From Macrostomum hystrix (taxonomy: Eukaryota > Animalia > Platyhelminthes), in contig CATNEN010000039.1 in assembly GCA_950097015.1 (NCBI GenBank), positions 12,338,001 to 12,402,000 on the forward strand: a DNA stretch of 64,000 nt, written 5' to 3'. A program made the translations under genes and the position numbers. Below the pieces are notes generated by a model that saw only the letters and a program-made list of their open reading frames with translations, was not told the DNA's origin and made no database searches. This document shows positions 1 to 12,294 of this stretch, piece after piece; the first letter of the stretch is position 1, and each line of letters opens with the position of its first letter.

Positions 1-142
1 AGTTCACAATGATCCCCCAGATGATAATGAACCCCCAGTTGACAATGATCCCCCAGTTTACCATGTTTTACCAGTTTAGATGAAGCAACTTAGCTGAGTG
101 TGTAGGAGGATTTTCACTGCCTGTCTCTCTCCCTACTGTCAG

Positions 143-3100
143 ATTCTGCAAGAGGCATAGAAAATTTGCCGCCGACCAGGATGCAGCCAGCGGCGATGGC
201 AGCGGCACCCAGTACCACGTGGATCCAGCTTCTATTACTACGGACGCTAATGGTCTCTCTGCTGCTCTGATTGAAGGTTCCACAGGCAAGCGTCTTAGCC
301 TGCGCCTGACCCGCATAGCAACCGTTACTGGGCGAACGTTTCGTCTGCGAGTTACCGAATTCCCAGAGGAAGCCGCCAGGCCGAGATTCGAACCAACGCC
401 CGGCGATTCGATTGTCGCCGATTTGACTGAAGCGCCGGTTGCTATTGACAACAAACAGTCTGATGGCAACTTGTACGTGTTGGAGGCCAAAGATGGAGCT
501 AATGCTGTCCAGGTATTGCTCTGAGCCGTGCTCTGGGACCCTGAACAGATTGCCATTTCTACACTCATATCCAGCCACCCTATTAGGGTCCTTAAATTTT
601 TAAGGACTCTTCATATATTTTTATTGACCCCCTAAGATTCTTAATGACCTCCTCAGATTGTTAATGACCCCCTCAGATTGTTAATGACCCCCCTCAGATT
701 GTTAATGACCCCCTCAGATTGTTAATGACCCCCTCAGATTGTTAATGACCCCCTGAGATTGTTAATGACCCCCTCAGACTGTTAATGACCCCCTCAGATT
801 GTTAATGACCCCCTCAGATTGTTAATGACCCCCCTCAGATTGTTAATGACCCCCCTCAGATTGTTAAGGACCCTTCATAGTTTTATTGACCCCCTGAGAT
901 TCTTAATGACCTCCTCAGATTGTTAATGACCCCCTCAGATTGTTAATGACCCCCTCAGATTGTTAATGACCCCCCTCAGATTGTTAATGACCCCCTCAGA
1001 TTGTTAATGACCCCCTCAGATTGTTAATGACCCCCCTCAGATTGTTAAGGACCCTTCATAGTTTTATTGACCCCCTGAGATTCTTAATGACCTCCTCAGA
1101 TTGTTAATGACCCCTCAGATTGTTAATGACCCCCTCAGATTGTTAATGACCCCTCAGATTGTTAATGAACCCCTCAGATTGTTAATGAACCCCTCAGATT
1201 GTTAATAACCCCCCTCAGATTGTTAATGACCCCCCTCAGATTGTTAATGACCCCATAATATTATTCTGATACCTTGTTGTTCTGATATTGTTCTAGTAAA
1301 TTAATATTGTCTCCATTAACTTGCCATTTTGATCCCTGTTAGAAAATTATTGAGTCCATAAACGAGCATCTGAGTCCTTAATGACTCGAAGTATTGTATT
1401 ATATTACATGCCCCCAGCAGCCCAATGACATTTTCTATTCTTTACCTACAGGTCAAAGCTGCACTGCAGTTGAAGCCATTTCGCCTTGACTGCCTGCTGG
1501 GCGATCGCACACTCATTAGTGTCAACGCCAAGGGTCGCCTAATGTGGGAATTTCACAAGCCAAAGCCGGATGACGCGCCAGACAACGCCGACGGTCTCTA
1601 CGACGAAGAGTTCAAAGGTCACCGGGATTCCAAGCCGCACGGCTCGTCGTCTGTCGGCTTGGACATCGCTTTTCCCGGCTTTGAGCACGTCTATGGCCTT
1701 CCTGAGCACGCCGATAGTCTGGCATTGCGCAGCACTACCGGAGGCGATCCCTATCGACTGTACAATTTGGACGTGTTTGAATACGAATTGAACAATCCGA
1801 TGGCTCTGTACGGCAGTGTGCCTCTAATTTACGCCCATTCGGCTAATCACACTGTTGGCGCTTTCTGGCACAATCCAACTGAAACCTGGGTGGATGTTAA
1901 ATCGTCTAAGTCTAGCGGAGGCGGTCTCACCGCTCTGCTAACCAGCTTTGTCAAATCTGCCGAACCATCCGAGCCTCTTACAGAAACCCATTGGATGAGC
2001 GAGTCCGGTGTTATCGACCTGTTTCTGTTGCTAAGCGACACACCGCTAGGCGCATTCAGGCAATACGCCAGCTTGACTGGCACCACACCACTGCCCCCGA
2101 TTTTCGCCATCAGCTATCATCAGTGCCGATGGAACTACAACGATGAGACCGACGTGCTTGAGGTGAGGGATGATGGGGCATTGACAGGGGATGAGAGAAT
2201 AAAATACATTTTGGGAGAAAAAGAGAAGATGGGATAATGAGAGAGGGTGGGAGAATGAGAGAGGGTGGGAGAATGACAGAGGGTGGGAGAATGACAGAGG
2301 GTGGGAGAATGAGAGAGGGTGGGAGAATGAGAGAGGTGGGAGAATGAGAGAGGGTGGGAGAATGACAGAGGATGGGAGAATGAGAGAGGTGGGAGAATGA
2401 GAGAGGTGGGAGAATGAGAGAGGGTGGGAGAATGAGAGAGGTGGGAGAATGAGAGAGGTGGGAGAATGAGAGAGGTGGGAGAATGACAGAGGGTGGGAGA
2501 ATGAGAGAGGTGGGAGAATGAGAGAGGGTGGGAGAATGACAGAGGGTGGGAGAATGACAGAGGGTGGGAGAATGAGAGAGGGTGGGAGAATGAGAGAGGT
2601 GGGAGAATGAGAGAGGGTGGGAGAATGAGAGAGGTGGGAGAATGAGAGAGGGTGGGAGAATGACAGAGGATGGGAGAATGAGAGAGGTGGGAGAATGAGA
2701 GAGGTGGGAGAATGAGAGAGGGTGGGAGAATGAGAGAGGTGGGAGAATGAGAGAGGTGGGAGAATGAGAGAGGTGGGAGAATGACAGAGGGTGGGAGAAT
2801 GAGAGAGGTGGGAGAATGAGAGAGGGTGGGAGAATGACAGAGGGTGGGAGAATGACAGAGGGTGGGAGAATGAGAGAGGGTGGGAGAATGAGAGAGGTGG
2901 GAGAATGAGAGAGGGTGGGAGAATGAGAGAGGTGGGAGAATGAGAGGGTGGGAGAATGACAGAGGTGGGAGAATGAGAGAGGGTGGGATAATGTAAGGGT
3001 TGGATATTGAGAGAGGCATCGTGTGCATTCCCCTCACACTAATCCTCACCTCGACATCGCAGGTGGATCGCAACTTTGACGAGCACGACATTCCCTACGA

Positions 3101-6100
3101 CGTCATCTGGCTAGACATTGAGCACACCGATGGCAAGCGCTATTTCACCTGGGACTCAAACAAGTTCCAAAATCCGCAGGGCATGCTGGACAAACTCAAT
3201 GGCAAGGGACGCCAATTAGTCACTGTTGTTGATCCGCATATTAAACGCGACGATAATTGGGCGCTGTATAAAGGTGTGCGAGACGGCGAGATTGCCGTGA
3301 AGAGTCACAAAGATGACGGCCTGTACGACGGTTGGTGCTGGCCCGGCTCGTCAGTTTGGCCCGACTTTATCGATCCGGCTGTTAGAAAGTGAGTACGATT
3401 TTAGGAAGAAAGAAATCCCATTTGGTATTCAAATCCCATTTGATATTCAAATCCTATTTGGTATTTAAATCCTATTTGATATTCAAATCCCATTTGGTAC
3501 TCAAATCCCATTTGGTATTCAAATCCCATTTGATATTCAAATCCCATTTGATATTTAAATCCCATTTGATATTCAAATCCCATTTGGTATTCAAATCCCA
3601 TTTGATACTCAATTCCCATTTGATATTCAAATCCCATTTGGTATTCAAATCCCATTTGATATTCAAATCCCATTAATTCTACAGATGGTGGGCCGACCAG
3701 TTCAAGAGTTACCTGGCGGCCTTCACCTGGAATGACATGGGTGAGCCGTCTGTATTTAACGGCCCGGAGGTGACAATGCACAAAGATGCCAAGCATCACA
3801 ATGGCTGGGAGCATCGCGAGGTTCACAATCTGTACGGCGCCCTCATTCACCAGGCCTCCTGGGACGGCCAGCTGGTCAAGTCGCCGCAGCGTCGTCCCTT
3901 CGTCCTGACCAGGGCTTTCTTCGCCGGCTCCCAACGAACTGCCGCCGTTTGGACTGGCGACAATGCCGCTAATTGGGATCATCTGAAGGTTTGGGGATTT
4001 TAATGCCTTCTTGTTATGGTTTTTTGTAAACTGTTGTGGTAATTTTTAATGGATTCTATGGATTCTGAAAGATTTTATGGGATTCTGATTGATTCTATGG
4101 GATTCTGATAGATTCTATGGGAATTGGGAATATAATCGATTCTGTGGCATTCCGATAGAAATGGGATCATGGAATTAGCATTCTTCCCTACTAATGCGAT
4201 CTCCAGGCCTCGGTGCCCATGGTGCTGTCGCTGAGCATCGCCGGTGTGACACTGTCCGGCGCCGATGTTGGCGGATTCTTTGGAAATCCGGAGCCGGAGC
4301 TGCTAGTCCGTTGGTACCAAGCCGGTGCGCTGCAGCCATTCTTCCGTGCCCACGCCCATCTAGACACTCGCCGACGCGAGCCCTGGCTATTCGATGCCCA
4401 GTACAAGGACGCCATTCGGGCCGCTGTGCTGCTGAGGTACACCCTGCTGCCCTACCTGTACACCCAGTTCTACTTGTCCGCTAGAGACGGCCGGCCAGTC
4501 ATGGCGCCGCTGTGGGTTTATTATCCGCGCGACGAGGCCACGTTTGCAATGGACGATCAGCACCTGCTGGGTCCTGATCTACTGTTTAAGCCTGTGACTG
4601 ATGCCGGAGCCACCTCGGTTAGTTCCATCATTCTATGAGCACTTGCATGATTATATGAGCACTTCCATCATTCTATGAGCACTTCCATCATTTTATGAGT
4701 AGTTTCATCATTCTATGAGCAGTTCCATCATTCTATGAGCACTTCCATCATTCTATGAGCAGTTTCGTAATTCTATGAACACTTCCATCATTCTATCAGC
4801 AGTTTTGTCATTCTATGAGCAGTTTCGTCATTCTATGAGCAGTTTCGTCATTCTATGAGCAGTTTCGTCATTCTATGAGCAGTTTCGTCATTCTATGAGC
4901 AGTTTCGTCATTCTATGAGCACTTGCATCATTCTATGAGCACTTGCATCATTCTATGAGCACTTGCATCATTTTATGAGCACTTCCATCATTTTATGAGT
5001 AGTTTCATCATTCTATGAGCACTTCCATCATTCTATGAGCACTTCCATCATTCTATGAGCACTTTCATCATTTTATGAGTAGTTTCATCATTATATGAGC
5101 ACTTCCATCATTCTATGAGCAATTTCGTAATTCTATGAGCACTTCCATCATTCTATGAGCAGTTTCGTCATTCTATGAGCAGTTTCGTCATTCTATGAGC
5201 AGTTTCGTCATTCTATGAGCAGTTTCGTCATTCTATGAGCACTTCCATCATTCTATGAGCACTTCCATCATTCTATGAGCACTTCCATCATTTTATGAGT
5301 AGTTTCATCATTCTATGAGCACTTCCATCATTCTATGAGCACTTCCATCATTCTATGAGCACTTCCATCATTCTATGAGCACTTTCATCATTTTATGAGT
5401 AGTTTCATCATTCTATGAGCACTTCCATCATTCTATGGGCACTTCCATCATTATATGAGCACTTCCATCATTCTATGAGCAATTTCGTAATTCTATGAGC
5501 ACTTCCATCATTCTATGAGCAGTTTCGTCATTCTATGAGCAGTTTCGTCATTCTATGAGCACTTCCATCATTCTATGAGCACTTGCATCATTCTATGAGC
5601 ACTTCCATCATTCTATGAGCAGTTGACCATGCTTGTCACTATTAGCTTACTACCTGTCAACTGCTATCATCCCACCTCGCTCGCAGTTGACCGTCTACCT
5701 GCCCAAGGACAGCGTCTGGTACCGGCACGACACCTGGGAAGGCTTCGGCGGCGGCCAGTCGATCAGCTTGAGCGTCAGCCTGACCACAATTCCATTGTTT
5801 TATCGCGCCGGTGGCATTGTCGCTCGCAGAGACAGGCAGAGGCGTTCCTCGGCCGCAATGCGCCGGGACCCAATCACTCTGGTTGTCCTGTTGGGCGGTC
5901 GAGACCGTCGAGCGTCTGGTCATCTCTACCTGGACGACGGTTATTCGCTTGAGCACAAAACGAATTCGGCCTACCTGCACGCCAGGTTTAATTACGCGGA
6001 TGGATCGCTGACGAACACCCTGGTGCATGCCGGTTCCACTTATTCCGACGCTGACCGAATTTTCATTGAACGAATCATCTTTGTCGGCGTCAGGACTCGA

Positions 6101-6256
6101 CCAAAATCTGTCGCCCTGCCAGACGGTGGAGTTGGCGAGTTTGCCTACATGGAGCAATCGCGACTGTTGGTTATTCGCAAGCCCAACCTGCCAGTTAATA
6201 AGGCCTGGATTGTTCGACTGGCTGATAACTCGGCTAGCGGACACGATGAACTGTAG
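143..6256 (+). CDS. GANAB: Neutral alpha-glucosidase AB / ER glucosidase II alpha subunit (GH31); 5'-partial, 6 exons in window
   Basis: Exons 143-512, 1452-2162, 3063-3388, 3685-3988, 4207-4617, 5687-6256, all GT-AG and phase-consistent. Motifs: [41 protein letters not shown], nucleophile motif [14 protein letters not shown], acid/base [34 protein letters not shown]-terminus is GHDEL. Confidence 0.96.
620..1256. repeat. ~20-bp minisatellite (GATTGTTAATGACCCCCTCA) with higher-order blocks, GANAB intron
   Basis: Direct reading of tandem units. Confidence 0.95.
2236..2990. repeat. 17/18-bp purine-rich minisatellite (GGGAGAATGAGAGAGGGT), GANAB intron
   Basis: Direct reading. Confidence 0.95.
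3413..3673. repeat. 18-bp minisatellite (TTCAAATCCCATTTGATA), fills a GANAB intron
   Basis: Direct reading. Confidence 0.95.
4621..5622. repeat. 20-bp minisatellite (ACTTCCATCATTCTATGAGC), starting at the splice donor of the last GANAB intron
   Basis: Direct reading; ~50 units. Confidence 0.96.
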
Positions 6257-6340
6257 TGTACTTTTATAGGTACTGAAGTCTCTTAGCTGCCTGTCTAAAT
6301 AGCGCCCTCACCGGTGGACGCAACGGATCTTATGGCTTTT

Positions 6341-6486
6341 TCAGAAAAATCTGACAGGTGTCAGAAAAGTCTGACATGTGTCAGAAGAGTCTGACATGTG
6401 TGAGAAAAGTCTGACATGTGTCAGAAGAGTCTGACATGTGTCAGAAGAGTCTGACATGTGTTAGAAAAGTCTGAGATGTGTCAGAA
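6341..6486. repeat. 20-bp self-complementary minisatellite (TCAGAAGAGTCTGACATGTG) downstream of the GANAB stop
   Basis: Direct reading; ~7 units. Confidence 0.9.
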
Positions 6487-8027
6487 TGTTTGAATGTCAC
6501 TAAACGTTTGCTACCACGCTGAAGAAATACTAGCCGAAGCCTTAGCTGCCATTTTCTCTGGTCTCAATTTTCTTTTAATTTCATTTCGCTTTATAAAACA
6601 TTTAGTGTAGCCACTTTGATATAGATATGCAATCTTAATACGCAAAATAATCCTACTATTCGGTGTTCATGTTAATTTTTTCATCATAAAAGCATTGGTG
6701 TAAGATTGAGTCAGTTTTATCAGCGAGAAACATTATCCGGACTCATAGTTAGAAATTATTTTATAAATATTACAAAAATGTCTGTCTTGTTTAATTCAAA
6801 AAGCCTTTCTTAATTTCTTTATTTCAATCTAATTTGTTAAATCTGATCAAAGTCACAATCATCATCCGGAAGACAACCCTATCGCACGTTTATAGTGCCA
6901 ATTTTTCTTAAAGTCTTTGGTCAAATCACAGCCTGTGCCGATTCGTGTGTTAATGCTAATTATCTACCTGTAATAATCGCTTCCCATTTTGTTATAATCT
7001 GATATGTTCTTTATATCTATATCACCGCGCCCTCTTAATAATAGTTTCACAGCTTTAGTCTATGGCCCGAATCCTACTACAGTAGTATATTGGGATTATT
7101 ATGCTAGTTATTTTTCATAATTCTTTCAAAACTCATATCTAACTCTAACTCGGCATGAAACTATTTGTTTGATAATAGTAAAGATAAAGTGCACCATTTT
7201 TTCACGGACATTTCATTTCACGCAGAAATGCTCATTTAAAAATCTTCAGTGCAATAGTAGGGTCAATCGTTTCGTTTTTTTCTTCAGAGTTATGACCGCG
7301 GATAGGTCCGAAGTTCGTATCTCAACCTAATGGATGCTCCTTGGTCCTCGTGGCTTCATTTCACCCAGTTTTATAATGGGTACTAGCATAATCATTTATA
7401 GCTGGGTTAGAAAAGCGATTGGTTGGGGGGTACAACTGTCCATGGACAAATTTATCGTTCGACTGGTATTTAAATTGTGCACACAGTCAGCGTCTTAACT
7501 CTCATCTGCCAACTGCCCAACACCTTGAAGCTTATTTTGTTATTGCTATTGACTTTCTGTCTTTTTTGTACCGGCCTATTTCCTGTTTCCTGTTCTGATG
7601 TGTCTGTCTTCTATCTTTCTTTATTTCTTCTGCTTTGTTTTAAATATCATTTAACAACTTTTAATCAGTAGAACTTTAACAAAATTAGTTTAAGGTTTGG
7701 TTATCAAATATGTTTAATTTAGAAAAAAATTCACTGTCCTCTCTAGACAGGACAGATTCAATTGGTTGCAAAATAAACAGTAAATTTGACAAAACGACAC
7801 TTATTTCATCTGAATTAAATCAACTAGACTCGTGATTTCTGTCTTAATTTTATTAATTTTATCATGCCACATCATTAGCAAATGGAATAGTAATATTTTC
7901 GAACACCGAAACTGGTGCAATATTACGAGTATAAATCGACTTTCGTCATTGATTAACAAATTTTCGCCTATTTATTACAGTGGCGAAAGTGAGTGAGATC
8001 AGATTGAAAAGGAAGCAAAGTAGGAAA

Positions 8028-8312
8028 CTGCCGAAAGAAACAGTTGGGGATTCAGCCGACAGAAACAACTGAGGAATCCACCGAGCGAAACAACAGAATA
8101 ATCCGCCGAAAGAAACAACTCAGGAATCTGCCGAAAGAAACAACTAAAGAATCAGCCGAAAGAAACAACTGAGGAATCGCCGAGCGAAACAACTTAGGAA
8201 TCCGCCGAGCGAAACAACTGAGGAATCCGCCTTAAGAAACAAGTAAGGAATCAGCCGAGAGAAACAACTGACGGAAATCCGCTAGAGGAATCGGCCGAAA
8301 ACCACTGAGGAA
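8028..8312. repeat. Degenerate ~25-bp repeat (GAAACAACTGAGGAATCCGCCGAGC) immediately upstream of the K2P start codon
   Basis: Direct reading. Confidence 0.85.
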
Positions 8313-8334
8313 ATTACCAAAGACAGCAGTTCCG

Positions 8335-9749
8335 ATGGTTAACAGTTGCTGCAGTTCAGACAGCGGTCGCTGTTGTCTTGATTACTTGCGTCGCTTCGCC
8401 AACTGTTTAAATCGAATTGGCGAGCGGCGCTGGGTTCGCGGCTTGGCCTACCTGTTGTTCTACTTTCTGGCCTTCATGCCCTCCCTGGCCATGCTGTTCA
8501 TGGCTATCGAGGGCCCAGTGGAGTCTGGCGAGAAGAACGCTCTAAGGCTGGCTAGGCAGGCATTTCTGTCCAATCACACCTGTCTGTCCGATGCCGATTT
8601 GGAAAGATTTTTAGCCGCAGTTTTGGCCGCCAATAATCGCGGCGTATCGGCTCTCAGGAACGCCAGTGCTGGCCGGTCAAATTGGAGCTTCGGTCAGGCA
8701 TTGTTTTTTGCCACTACCGTTGTCACGACCATCGGTTACGGTAGGACAACGCCACTGTCTTATTTGGGTAAAGCGATGTGCATCCTGGTGGCGCTGATTG
8801 GCATTCCGCTGACTCTGGTGGCGTTTTCACTCACTGCCGGCTGGCTTCGGCGGGCCTCGCTGCGCTGTTTGGCCTGGCTCAGAGACCGCCTGCCAACAGA
8901 TAGGCAGGTGAGAAAAGTGACCCATTGTTTATTTTAATAGACACTTGATCCGCTCTGCGAATCTCTATAGTTTGGCTGAAATTAATAGCTTAGTTTAAAA
9001 TATTTTTCCTTTTTGTTTTTAAACAATGGACTTATAGGATTTACATTAGGATGTTTATAGGATTTCAGTTGAAAGTCCTCCGGTGAAGGAGTTCCACCGG
9101 AAGATACTGAAGTAGAGCATGTTTATTGGATTCAGTTACAAGTCCTCCTCCGGAGGAGTTCCGCCCGATTACAAAACATAAACTAAAATGAGTTCCTGCG
9201 TGAGTCCTTGTCAACGCTTCATTTTCTCACCCGTGGCAGTCGCAGGCCACTCTAATTCACCTCGGCGCCATCTTCGCCGCGCTGCTCATCTGCTTCCTGC
9301 TGATCCCAGCTGGCGCATTCGCCAGTCTTGAACGCGATTGGACCTACTTGGACGCATTCTATTATTGCGTTATTTCGCTTACAACTGTCGGCCTTGGCGA
9401 CTTCATTGTCGGCGAACACCCCGATCAGGAGAATCGGCTTGTCTATAAAATCTTCGCCGTAATCTACCTGTATGCCGGCCTGATCTTCCTTGTATTCGCT
9501 CTGCGCAGCTTCGCCGACGTGCCAAACCTTAATCCGGGCAGATTCATCTATAGCGAGGATGCCGACAATGGCAGCGACGCGAGCGACGCAACTGTGGAAA
9601 CCAGCGACGAGGCGGCTAAACTTTTGCCCTCCTCGTCTGGCGTCTCGGAGTCTGGAAATCTGTCCAAATTGACCGTCGTCGGGCGTCGTGGTTACGATTC
9701 TACCGCCCCTGTGGAAGGAGTTGTCGGCGGCGGAGTGTCGCCAAATTAG
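8335..9749 (+). CDS. Two-pore-domain potassium channel, TWIK subfamily (KCNK1/KCNK6-like); 2 exons
   Basis: Exons 8335-8907 and 9240 (or 9246, tandem in-frame acceptors)-9749. M1 and cap (EGPVE...NHTCLSDADL), P1 WSFGQALFFATTVVTTIGYG, P2 DAFYYCVISLTTVGLGDF. GLG in P2 is the TWIK signature. Confidence 0.93.
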
Positions 9750-9849
9750 GGGCCTCGGTTAATCAGAATTAACAACATTTTTGCTGTGCTTTTCCTGATT
9801 TCAAAATTAAAATTTGATTCGATTTTCTATTCGTGAAATTACTTTGATT

Positions 9850-10465
9850 TCCTTGTCAAAATCGGTTAGATTTCCCTGTCGAAATCGGTTGGATTTCCCC
9901 CGTCGAAATCGGTTAGATTTCCCCCGTAGAAATCGGTTAGATTTCCCCCGTAGAAATCGGTTAGATTTCCTTGTCAAAATCGGTTAGATTTCCCTCGTCG
10001 AAATCGGTTAGATTTCCCTGTCGAAATCGGTTAGATTTCCCTGTCGAAATCGGTTAGATTTCCCTGTCGAAATCGGTTAGATTTCCCTGTCGAAATCGGT
10101 TAGATTTCCCCCGTCGAAATCGGTTAGATTTCCCTGTCGAAATCGGTTAGATTTCCCTGTCGAAATCGGTTAGATTTCCCCCGTCGAAATCGGTTAGATT
10201 TCCCTGTCGAAATCGGTTAGATTTCCCTGTCGAAATCGGTTAGATTTCCCCCGTCGAAATCGGTTAGATTTCCCTGTCGAAATCGGTTAGATTTCCCTGT
10301 CGAAATCGGTTAGATTTCCTTGTCGAAATCAATTAGATTTCCTTGTCGAAATCAATTAGATTTCCTTGTCGAAATCAATTAGATTTCCTTGTCGAAATCA
10401 ATTAGATTTCCTTGTCGAAATCAATTAGATTTTCCTGTCTAAATCGTTTTGTTTTCCTTGTCGAA
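9850..10465. repeat. 23/24-bp hairpin-unit minisatellite (GAAATCGGTTAGATTTCCCTGTC) downstream of the K2P stop
   Basis: Direct reading; ~26 units. Confidence 0.95.
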
Positions 10466-11486
10466 ATTTGATAGATTGTTTTGTCATGGCCGATTCAGCG
10501 TTTTGTTGAATGTTTTTTTTTCCAGAGTTTTATCAAGTCTATTCAAATTGGTTTTAAAGTAAGGTATATGTTTCGAACCTTACAGTTTACTGGTGTTAAT
10601 TTCAGTTCTATAAATTGTTTATTATCAGATTTAGTTTATTTTGCGTCTGATTTCTAGCACAAATCGATGTTTAATTTGATTGATTTTCGCAATTCAATCA
10701 ATTTTTGTACTGAAAGCATTTGGTTTACATTACCATTTCTCAACTCTTTAACTTGCAAACTAGATTTTGTTGATTTTTTTAATGCTTATCAATGTCCGGC
10801 AATAGTTCATGTTGATAGACGCGGGTCGATACCGTTTCGACTAGAATCGACTTTTTTGTTCGATTCCTTTGAGACTTGTAATTTTTTTCTAAGCAGATTA
10901 TTTTAATAGTGCCGCGTACAGTATATACATTTTTGAGTGGTATTTTATGCTGTGTTTACATAAATATATTTTTTGTTACAATCCTAATCAGCCTTTCGGT
11001 GCAATAATTAAAAAATTCCGTGTGGTATCGACACAATTTTTACACGCTTAGATTTAATATTTACTTTTTTCGTTATTACAATAACGTTTATTGTTAATAA
11101 TTTGTTCTTAAAATTGAGTAAAGTTAATTGTTAATTTTTTATTGCTCAATAAATATATAGGATATAAACCCTACTCAATCTTTTTCTTAATTTTAAGCAA
11201 TATCAGTTTTTCTGTTTGCAAAAAGTCCTTAGTTGTATAGTTACTTGTTTTTGTTTTCAATGCATCATTTTGCTTTTTTTATTTGGCCTTGTCGTCTGTG
11301 CTATATACCACTAGCCGCTTAGTTTAGTAATAATATTAAAATTCCACTGTCAGGTCAACAGAAAGAACTGGTTTTATAAAGTCGAACTTGTGCTACTGTT
11401 AGTAGAACTGTTGGGGTATTCAAAGTGAAATTTTACATTCTAATATAACCTAATAAGCAAAACGTTATAAAGCACTAATAAAAGCA

Positions 11487-12180
11487 ATTAACACCCCCAA
11501 GACCCCACGTTCTGTAGAACTATTGGAATCAGTTAACACCTCCAAGACCCCACGTTCTGTAGAACTATTGGAATCAGTTAACACCTCCAAGACCCCACGT
11601 TCTGTAGAACTATTGGAATCAGTTAACACCTCCAAGACCCCACGTTCTGTAGAACTATTGGAATCAGTTAACACCTCCAAGACCCCACGTTCTGTAGAAC
11701 TATTGGAATCGGTTAACACCTCCAAGACCCACGTTCTGAAAAACTATTGGAATCGGTTAACACCTCCAAGACCCACGTTCTGTAGAACTATTGGAATCGG
11801 TTAACACCTCCAAGACCCACGTTCTGTAGAACTATTGGAATCGGTTAACACCTCCAAGACCCACGTTCTGAAAAACTATTGGAATCGGTTAACACCTCCA
11901 AGACCCCAAGTTCTGTAGAACTATTGGAATCGGTTAACACCTCCAAGACCCCAAGTTCTGTAGAACTATTGGAATCAGTTAACACCTCCAAGACCCCACG
12001 TTCTGTAGAACTATTGGAATCGGTTAACACCTCCAAGACCCCACGTTCTGTAGAACTATTGGAATCAGTTAACACCTCCAAGACCCACGTTCTGTAGAAC
12101 TATTGGAATCAGTTAACACCTCCGAGACCCACGTTCTGTAGAACTATTGGAATCAGTTAGCACGTCAATGACCCCACGTT
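11487..12180. repeat. 44/45-bp minisatellite upstream of C8orf82
   Basis: Unit GTTAACACCTCCAAGACCCCACGTTCTGTAGAACTATTGGAATCA. Confidence 0.95.
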
Positions 12181-12294
12181 GTAAATTACTAATCGATTTA
12201 TCTATAATTTCATGTATTCTGAACACTTTTTCCCAACACATTCGTGAATATTATCGCCAGGGTTGGCGCATCGCTTGTACACCTTGCAGACAGC

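Noticed and set aside
2135-3676. Repetitive ORFs (SHSPTL, FKSHLI, GFEYQM) in GANAB introns
   Set aside because: They are translations of 18-bp intronic satellites.
3738-3746. Apparent splice donor G|GTGAGC inside the GANAB catalytic motif
   Set aside because: The conserved EPSVFNGPE sequence continues in frame, so this is coding sequence.
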